From: Acidimicrobiia bacterium
Lineage (GTDB): Bacteria; Actinomycetota; Acidimicrobiia; IMCC26256; PALSA-610
Assembly: GCA_038213435.1 (NCBI GenBank)
Contig: JBBQTI010000009.1
Span: 15,709-79,708, forward strand
Direction of reading: 5' to 3'
DNA: 64,000 nucleotides
Numbering within the stretch: the stretch's first letter is position 1; each line of letters begins with the position of its first letter. This document shows positions 57,665 through 64,000 of the stretch, piece after piece. Made by a program: the position numbers and the translations under genes. The notes under the pieces were generated by a model, which worked only from the letters and a program-made list of their open reading frames with translations, did no database searches and was not told the origin of the DNA.

Positions 57665-58150
57665 ATGCCCTACCCACGCGACGAGATCCAGGCCACGGTC
57701 GAGCGCTACGTGGAAACGCGCAAGGTGATCGACGCCGGCGGCGCCACCTGGAGCGCCCTCGCCCAGTACTTCACCGACGACGCGGTGTTCATCGACCCGG
57801 CGTGGGGCCGAGTCGAGGGCATCGACGAGATGAACGCGACCGTCTTCGGCGACGCGATGGTCGGACTGGACGAGTGGACGTTCCCCGTCGAGTTCTACGC
57901 GATCGACGGCGACAACGTGATCATCAAATGGAAACAGCTGCTCCCGGGGAAGCGCGCCGACGGGCGACCCTACGAGCAATCCGGCGTCTCGACCCTCATC
58001 TACGCAGGCGACGGAAAGTTTCGCTACGAAGAAGACCTCCTCAACATGGTGCACGTGCTCGAGGACATGCGCGAGAGCCGTTGCAGGGTGCCCGACGTCG
58101 CGATGCCGCCCAAGCATCCCAACCGCGACTTCTCCCGCCCGAATGCCTGA
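57665..58150 (+). CDS. SnoaL/NTF2-like protein
   Basis: YFTDDAVFIDPAWGRVEG...YAGDGKF. Confidence 0.85.
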   Translation: MPYPRDEIQATVERYVETRKVIDAGGATWSALAQYFTDDAVFIDPAWGRVEGIDEMNATVFGDAMVGLDEWTFPVEFYAIDGDNVIIKWKQLLPGKRADGRPYEQSGVSTLIYAGDGKFRYEEDLLNMVHVLEDMRESRCRVPDVAMPPKHPNRDFSRPNA

Positions 58151-58625
58151 CGACGCGCTTCGGGACACGATCGACTACGTCGCGATCACGCGGCTGCAGA
58201 ACGCCTACGCCGACACGGTGACACGCCGCGCCTGGCCGGAGTTCCACGACATGTTCCTCGCCGACGCGCCGGTGCGGGTCGACACGGTCACGAATCCCGT
58301 CATCGAGCTCGTAGGACCGCAGCAGGTCGGCGACTTCATCGGTCAGGCGGTGGAAAGGTTCGAGTTCTTCGAGTTCGTCCCGTTGAGCACGCGCGTCGCG
58401 CTCCGCATCGGCGGAGATCCCGACCACGCCACCGCCCGCCTCTACATCTGCGAGCTCCGTCAGGAAGCAGCGTCGGGCCGCTTCACCAGGGCGTTCGGTG
58501 TATACCGCGACGACATGTCGAAAATCGACGGCCGCTGGTGGTTCGCCCGGCGCGACTACCAGTCGCTCGCGCGCAGCGGCCGCGGTGAGGTGTTCGCGTT
58601 CCCCGAGGAGGACTCTCAGCCGTAG
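58143..58625 (+). CDS. SnoaL-like (NTF2) protein
   Basis: ITRLQNAYAD...GVYRDD...DGRWWFARR. Confidence 0.85.
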   Translation: MPDDALRDTIDYVAITRLQNAYADTVTRRAWPEFHDMFLADAPVRVDTVTNPVIELVGPQQVGDFIGQAVERFEFFEFVPLSTRVALRIGGDPDHATARLYICELRQEAASGRFTRAFGVYRDDMSKIDGRWWFARRDYQSLARSGRGEVFAFPEEDSQP

Positions 58626-58795
58626 CTGGGACGGCGCGACGAATATCGCAGCGCGGTCGGCGGCCGAGGAACCACTGCGACGACGCAACCGGGCGCGCTA
58701 CCACCCACGGCACGGCGGGTGCATCATCTTGGTTGCAGCGCGGCCCTGCATCTGCGAGGGTGCGCGACAGTCAACAACCGCTCGCAGGAGGCCGG

Positions 58796-59935
58796 GTGCC
58801 GGATCCGGAACGAAAGGTCGAGGTCGGCCTCTACGGAGTGACGAAGCGCTTCGGCCCCACGGTGGCGGTCGACGACGTGACCATCGAGGTCGGGCGCGGC
58901 GAGTTCTTCTCGCTGCTCGGGCCGTCAGGCTGCGGCAAGACGACCTCATTGCGCATGATCGCGGGATTCGAAGAGCCCGACTCCGGACGGGTCGAGCTGA
59001 CCGGCCGCGACATCGTCGGCGTCGCGCCCTACAAGCGCAACGTCAACACCGTGTTCCAGTCGTATGCACTGTTCCCACACCTGACCGTCGCCGACAACGT
59101 CGCCTTCGGACTTCGGCGCAAGAAGGTCTCGAGGAGCGAGATCCGCGACCGGGTGAAGCGCTACCTCGACCTCGTGCAACTGCGCGGCTACGACGAACGT
59201 CGTCCTTCACAGCTCTCCGGCGGGCAGCAGCAGCGGGTCGCACTGGCGCGGGCCCTGGTGAACGAACCGGCCGTCCTCCTGCTCGACGAGCCCCTCGGCG
59301 CCCTCGACCTCAAGCTCCGCAAGCAGATGCAACTCGAGCTCATGCGCATCCAACGCGAGGTTGGTGTCACGTTCGTCTACGTCACCCACGACCAGGAAGA
59401 GGCGCTCGTCATGAGCGATCGCCTTGCGGTGATGTCGCAGGGCAGGGTCGAGCAGATCGGGCACCCCGAAGACATCTACGAGCGACCGGCCACCCGCTTC
59501 GTCGCCGGGTTCATCGGCACGTCGAACATCGTCGAGGCCGCGGTCACGGGTCGAGCGGGGAATTTCCTGCAGATCGACGCGGCGCCGGGCGATCGCCTGC
59601 TCGTCCGTGCGCCGGAGGGCCGGTCGATCAGCCCGGGCGACATGCTGGCGTTCACGGTGCGGCCGGAGAAGCTACGCATCGTTGCCGAGAACGAACCCGT
59701 TGCCGACCAGCTCTGCACGATCGCGGGCACGGTCGTCGACGTCGTCTACCAAGGCGTCTCGACCCAGCTCGTCGTACAGACCGAAACGGGCACGACCCTC
59801 GTCGTGTTCCGACAGAACAGCGAACGGGTGAGCGACGCCGGCGTTCCCGGCAGCCGCGCCCGGCTCGTCTGGGACCCAGAGTTCAACGTGGTGCTCGCCG
59901 ACGAGCCCACCCTCGACAAGGAGCTGATTTCATGA
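58796..59935 (+). CDS. potA: Spermidine/putrescine ABC ATPase
   Basis: AGGAGG RBS; GPSGCGKTT, VFQSYALFPH, LSGGQQQR, TOBE-like tail. Confidence 0.92.
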   Translation: MPDPERKVEVGLYGVTKRFGPTVAVDDVTIEVGRGEFFSLLGPSGCGKTTSLRMIAGFEEPDSGRVELTGRDIVGVAPYKRNVNTVFQSYALFPHLTVADNVAFGLRRKKVSRSEIRDRVKRYLDLVQLRGYDERRPSQLSGGQQQRVALARALVNEPAVLLLDEPLGALDLKLRKQMQLELMRIQREVGVTFVYVTHDQEEALVMSDRLAVMSQGRVEQIGHPEDIYERPATRFVAGFIGTSNIVEAAVTGRAGNFLQIDAAPGDRLLVRAPEGRSISPGDMLAFTVRPEKLRIVAENEPVADQLCTIAGTVVDVVYQGVSTQLVVQTETGTTLVVFRQNSERVSDAGVPGSRARLVWDPEFNVVLADEPTLDKELIS

Positions 59936-61098
59936 GCGATCCGGACCGCGTGTCGTTGGCGTTCATCTGGGACACGGGCTCGCCTCATTTCAGCCGTCGC
60001 ACCTTCATGAGGACGATGGCGTTCGCCTCTGCCGCGGGATTCGTGGCCGCGTGCGGCAGCAGCAGCAAGAGCAGCACGGGCAGCAGCGGGTCGACGACCC
60101 CGCCCACGTTCTCGAGCAAGCCGGAGGCGAAGGTCCTCAACTTCTACAACTGGACCGACTACATCGACGACGATCCGAAAACCGGGACGATCCCGAGTTT
60201 CCAGAAGCAGACCGGGATCAAGGTCACGTACGACAACTACAGCTCGAACGACCAGCTGTTCGCGAAGCTGACGGCGGGGAGTACGGGCTACGACATCATC
60301 GTCCCCACCGACGCCACTCTCGTGAAGATGAAGCACGCCAACTTGGTCCAGCCTCTGGATCTTTCGCTGATACCCAATGTGACGAACCTCGACCCCCGCT
60401 TTCGCAACGCGGCGTACGACCCCGGCAACCAGTACTCGATTCCCTGGCAGTGGGGCACGACCGGGATCGGTTTCGACAAGAAGAAAGTCGGTGGCAGCGT
60501 GACCGATTGGGACGCGTTCGAACTGCCGACCGTGAAGGGAAAGTCGTCGTACCTCGACGAGGCCCGCGACGCCTTCGCGATGGCGTTGTTCGCGTTGAAG
60601 AAGGATCCCAACAGCACGAGCGATTCCGACCTCGACGAGGCCAAGAACTACCTGATCGATCTGAAGAAGAAGATCAAGTCGATCACGTCCGACTACCAGG
60701 ATCCGCTCAAGGGCGGCGAGCTCCTGCTCGCGCAGGCGTACTCCGGTGACGTGTTCACGATCCAGGTGGACAAGCCGAACATCGACTACGTGATCCCGAC
60801 GTCGGGCGCGTTCTCGTGGGTCGACTCGATGGCCATACCCAAGGGAGCCGGGCACCCGAAGAACGCAGAACTGTTCATGAACTACATCCTCGAGCCGAAG
60901 GTCGGCGCCGCGCTGACGAACTTCGTGAACTACGGAAGCCCCAACAAAGCTGCGGCGCAGTTCATCAACAAGGACATCCTCGACAATCCGCTGATCTACC
61001 CGCCGGCCGACGTGCTCGCGAAGCTCCCGTTCCAGAAGGACATCGGCGAAGACGAGATCAAGTACTCCGACCGGTGGACACAGGTAAAGACGGCTTGA
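59932..61098 (+). CDS. potD: Spermidine/putrescine ABC substrate-binding protein (Tat lipoprotein)
   Basis: SRRTFM Tat motif plus VAAC lipobox; FYNWTDYI, GYDIIVPT, PWQWGTTGI, WVDSMAIP. Confidence 0.9.
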   Translation: MSDPDRVSLAFIWDTGSPHFSRRTFMRTMAFASAAGFVAACGSSSKSSTGSSGSTTPPTFSSKPEAKVLNFYNWTDYIDDDPKTGTIPSFQKQTGIKVTYDNYSSNDQLFAKLTAGSTGYDIIVPTDATLVKMKHANLVQPLDLSLIPNVTNLDPRFRNAAYDPGNQYSIPWQWGTTGIGFDKKKVGGSVTDWDAFELPTVKGKSSYLDEARDAFAMALFALKKDPNSTSDSDLDEAKNYLIDLKKKIKSITSDYQDPLKGGELLLAQAYSGDVFTIQVDKPNIDYVIPTSGAFSWVDSMAIPKGAGHPKNAELFMNYILEPKVGAALTNFVNYGSPNKAAAQFINKDILDNPLIYPPADVLAKLPFQKDIGEDEIKYSDRWTQVKTA

Positions 61099-61994
61099 GC
61101 AAGACCGAGGCCGAGGTGGGGGCCGAGCCGTCGCGGAGACGGCGAAGGCTCCCGGATTGGATCGCGGGCAATCTGCTGCTACTCCCCACGAGCTTGTGGT
61201 TCGTCTTCTTGCTCGTGATCCCCACGCTGCTCGTGGTCGCGTACAGCCTCGGCAAGCGGGGCGTCATCACGCCGGTCCGCTTCTCGTGGGGACACCTGCT
61301 CTTCTCGAACTACAACACCGCGTTGAACCCCCGCTTCCTGCCGATCTTCACCCGATCGGTCACGTACGCGGCGGTGTCGACGATCGCCTGCGTGCTCCTC
61401 GGCTTCCCGCTCGCGTACTGGATCGCCAGATTCGGGGGCCGCTTCCGCAACGTGTACCTGGTGCTCGTCATCATCCCGTTCCTGACGAGTTACCTCATCC
61501 GCATGTACGCGTGGCAGTTCATTCTGCAGCGCAACGGGTTGCTGAACTCGGTGCTGGGCACGATCGGGCTCGGCGACAACCACATCTTCCTCAACACGCA
61601 CTTCGCGGTGATCCTCGGGCTGACGTATGGCTTCTTACCGTTCATGGTCCTGCCGCTGTACGCGTCGATCGAGCGCATGGACACATCGCTCGTCGAGGCG
61701 AGCTACGACCTCGGCCACGGCAAGGCGTCCACCCTGTTCCGCGTGATAATTCCGACGGTCTCGCCCGGACTCATCGCCGGCGTCCTCCTGGTGTTCATCC
61801 CGGCGGTCGGCGACTTCGTGACGCCGGAGCTGCTCGGTGGCGTGAAGACGCAGATGTTCGGCAACACGGTCTACGACCAGTTCGGGAGCGGCAACAACTG
61901 GCCGTTGGGGTCGGCGATGTCGGTGCTGCTCATGACGCTCATTCTCCTGGGCGTATTCGTGTACCTGTGGCGGGTCGGCGAGGAAGCGCTGTGA
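61095..61994 (+). CDS. potB: Spermidine/putrescine ABC permease
   Basis: PFLTSYLIRMYAW, LPFMVLPLY, LVEASYDLG, FIPAVGDF, NWPLGSA. Confidence 0.92.
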   Translation: MSKTEAEVGAEPSRRRRRLPDWIAGNLLLLPTSLWFVFLLVIPTLLVVAYSLGKRGVITPVRFSWGHLLFSNYNTALNPRFLPIFTRSVTYAAVSTIACVLLGFPLAYWIARFGGRFRNVYLVLVIIPFLTSYLIRMYAWQFILQRNGLLNSVLGTIGLGDNHIFLNTHFAVILGLTYGFLPFMVLPLYASIERMDTSLVEASYDLGHGKASTLFRVIIPTVSPGLIAGVLLVFIPAVGDFVTPELLGGVKTQMFGNTVYDQFGSGNNWPLGSAMSVLLMTLILLGVFVYLWRVGEEAL

Positions 61995-62818
61995 GCACCA
62001 AGAGCGCGCTGCGCCCGCGCTACCTCGTGGTGCACGCCGTCGTCGTGTTCGCGTTCTTGTTCGCGCCGATCGTCGTGCTCGTGGTGTTCAGCTTCAACAA
62101 GGCCAAGAGCGGCACCTCCTGGGCGGGATTCTCGACCCGTTGGTACAGCTCCCTCGCCCACAACCACGACGCGTTGCAGGCCTTCCGGAACACGCTCAAG
62201 GTCGCCTTCATCGCGACGCTGTTCGCGACGGTGATCGGGACCCTCGCGGCGTTCGCGCTCACTCGATTCCGGTTCCGCGGTCGCTCCGCCTACTCGACGT
62301 TGATCTTCATCTCCCTGGTCATGCCCGAGATCATCATGGGAATCTCGCTGACCGCCTTCTTCCGGCGCTTTGCTCATATCGACCTGAGCATCCGGACGGT
62401 GATCGCCGCGCACATCACGTTCTGCATCGCGTTCGTCGTCATCGTCGTGAAGGCACGGCTGACCGCGTTCGACAACCGGCTCATCGAGGCGGCTGCCGAT
62501 CTCGGTGCGACCCCGGTCCAGGCTTTCCTCCGGGTCGTGCTGCCGCTGGCGGCGCCCGGGATCTTCGCGGGCGCGATGCTGGCGTTCACGATCTCGCTCG
62601 ACGATGTGGTGATCACGTCGTTCACGTCGGGCCCCGGTTCGACGACGCTGCCGCTCTATATCTTCGGTCAGCTCAGGTTCGGCGTCTCGCCCTCGATCAA
62701 CGCGCTGTCGACGATCGTGCTGTTGTCCGCACTCCTGCTGCTTGCGGTCGGAGGATTCTTCAGCGTGCGGGCGGCTCGGCGCGGCGTCGGCGCCATCGAC
62801 GCAACAACACTGGGGTAG
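61991..62818 (+). CDS. potC: Spermidine/putrescine ABC permease
   Basis: FSFN...GFSTRWY, MPEIIMG, LIEAAADLGA, FTISLDDVVIT. Confidence 0.92.
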   Translation: MSTKSALRPRYLVVHAVVVFAFLFAPIVVLVVFSFNKAKSGTSWAGFSTRWYSSLAHNHDALQAFRNTLKVAFIATLFATVIGTLAAFALTRFRFRGRSAYSTLIFISLVMPEIIMGISLTAFFRRFAHIDLSIRTVIAAHITFCIAFVVIVVKARLTAFDNRLIEAAADLGATPVQAFLRVVLPLAAPGIFAGAMLAFTISLDDVVITSFTSGPGSTTLPLYIFGQLRFGVSPSINALSTIVLLSALLLLAVGGFFSVRAARRGVGAIDATTLG

Positions 62819-62823
62819 GGATC

Positions 62824-64000
62824 ATGGAACAGCAACGTCAGCTCGTCACCGAGATCCCGGGTCCGCGGTCGCGCGCGCTGTGGGAGCGGCGCACGCGCGC
62901 CGTACCGGCCGGAGTCGGCACGACCTTGCCGGTCTTCGTGCAGCGCGCGCAGGGCGGCATCGTCGAAGACGTCGACGGCAACCGGCTGATCGACCTGGGC
63001 GCCGGCATCGCGGTCGTGAACGTCGGCCACGCGCATCCCGCGGTCGTCGAGGCGATCGCGCAGCAGGCCGCGAACTTCGTCCACACGTGCTTCCAGGTGA
63101 CGCCCTACGAGGGGTACCTCGCGGTGTGCGAGCAACTCGCGGCGCGCACACCCGGAAGCCACGAAAAGCGCTCGCTCCTCGTGAACTCGGGCGCGGAGGC
63201 CGTCGAGAACGCCGTCAAGATCGCCCGTGCGGCGACCGGGCGGCCGGCGGTGGTCGCGTTCGACCAGGCGTTCCACGGCCGCACGCTGCTCGCGCTCTCG
63301 TTGACCGCCAAGGTCGTCCCCTACAAGAAGTCGTTCGGTCCGTACGCGCCCGAGATCTATCGGGCGCCGTTCTCGTATCCGTTCCGCGGCACCGGTGGCC
63401 TCGCGGAGACGATCGCATGGATCGAGGCGAGCGTCGACGTGGCTCAGATCGCGTGCGTCGTCGTCGAACCGATCGCGGGCGAGGGTGGCTTCGTCGTGCC
63501 CGAACCCGGATGGTTCGCCGGGATCGCGCAATGGTGCCGGTCGAACGGAGTGCTCTTCGTCGCCGACGAGGTGCAGACGGGCTTCGGTCGCACGGGCGCG
63601 TGGTTCGCGAGCGAGCACGAAGACGTCGTGCCCGATCTCGTCGCGACCGCGAAGGGGCTCGGCGGCGGTATGCCCATCGCCGGCGTGACCGGTCGGGCCG
63701 AGATCATGGACGCGGTCCACTCCGGCGGTCTGGGGAGCACCTTCGGCGGGAACCCGGTGTCGTGCGCGGCCGCGTTGGCGGCGATCGACGTGATCGAGAA
63801 GGAAGGGCTCGTAGAGCGCGCCCGGAAGCTCGGCGACCGCATGCTCGAGCGGCTGGTCGCGATGCAGCGCGCCTCGTCGGGAGTCGGCGACGTTCGCGGC
63901 CGGGGTGCGATGGTCGCGATCGAGCTCGTGCACGCCGACGGAACACCTGACGCCGACCGCGCCAAGCGCATCTGCGGGTCCTGTCACGAACAGGGTGTGA
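62824..64000 (+). CDS. gabT: 4-aminobutyrate aminotransferase (class III PLP), runs off the right edge of the window
   Basis: Manual translation: MEQQRQLVTEIPGPRS...DVDGNRLIDLGAGIAV...NSGAEAVENAVK...FHGRT...EPIAGEGGF...DEVQTGFGRTG...TAKGLGGG. Confidence 0.93.
   Translation, partial: MEQQRQLVTEIPGPRSRALWERRTRAVPAGVGTTLPVFVQRAQGGIVEDVDGNRLIDLGAGIAVVNVGHAHPAVVEAIAQQAANFVHTCFQVTPYEGYLAVCEQLAARTPGSHEKRSLLVNSGAEAVENAVKIARAATGRPAVVAFDQAFHGRTLLALSLTAKVVPYKKSFGPYAPEIYRAPFSYPFRGTGGLAETIAWIEASVDVAQIACVVVEPIAGEGGFVVPEPGWFAGIAQWCRSNGVLFVADEVQTGFGRTGAWFASEHEDVVPDLVATAKGLGGGMPIAGVTGRAEIMDAVHSGGLGSTFGGNPVSCAAALAAIDVIEKEGLVERARKLGDRMLERLVAMQRASSGVGDVRGRGAMVAIELVHADGTPDADRAKRICGSCHEQGV

Overview
Very GC-rich, gene-dense actinobacterial DNA. 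It looks Acidimicrobiia-like (inference from GYWLVASDGGVFxFGDA repeats, F420/LLM enzymes, a DUF222 gene with a LexA box and many leaderless starts). About 60 genes can be supported, including: amt (partial), a decayed ferric-reductase/NuoF-like locus, LLM and aldo/keto oxidoreductases, HtrA, an ECF sigma pair, an ECF transporter, a long dCTP deaminase, amidohydrolases, two polyamine-type ABC operons plus gabT (partial), a CoxL/XdhA-like Mo subunit, an acyl-CoA catabolic cluster, a UvrD-HRDC helicase and an RHH-ClpN regulator. The standout is a translationally coupled five-gene mau-like operon (34225-37997, minus strand): mauE-like, mauD-like, mauF-like, an unknown gene, and a Tat-exported, 24-Cys MADH-light-chain-like protein fused to a probable 6-bladed repeat propeller. 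No mauB or mauG is present. Its mauF-like gene carries an in-frame UGA exactly where the family has a Cys (WSP-UGA-G versus WSPCG), followed by SECIS-like hairpins, making it a candidate selenoprotein that the ORF track truncates. No rRNA, tRNA or CRISPR array was seen. All family calls come from motif recognition by eye; no searches were run.
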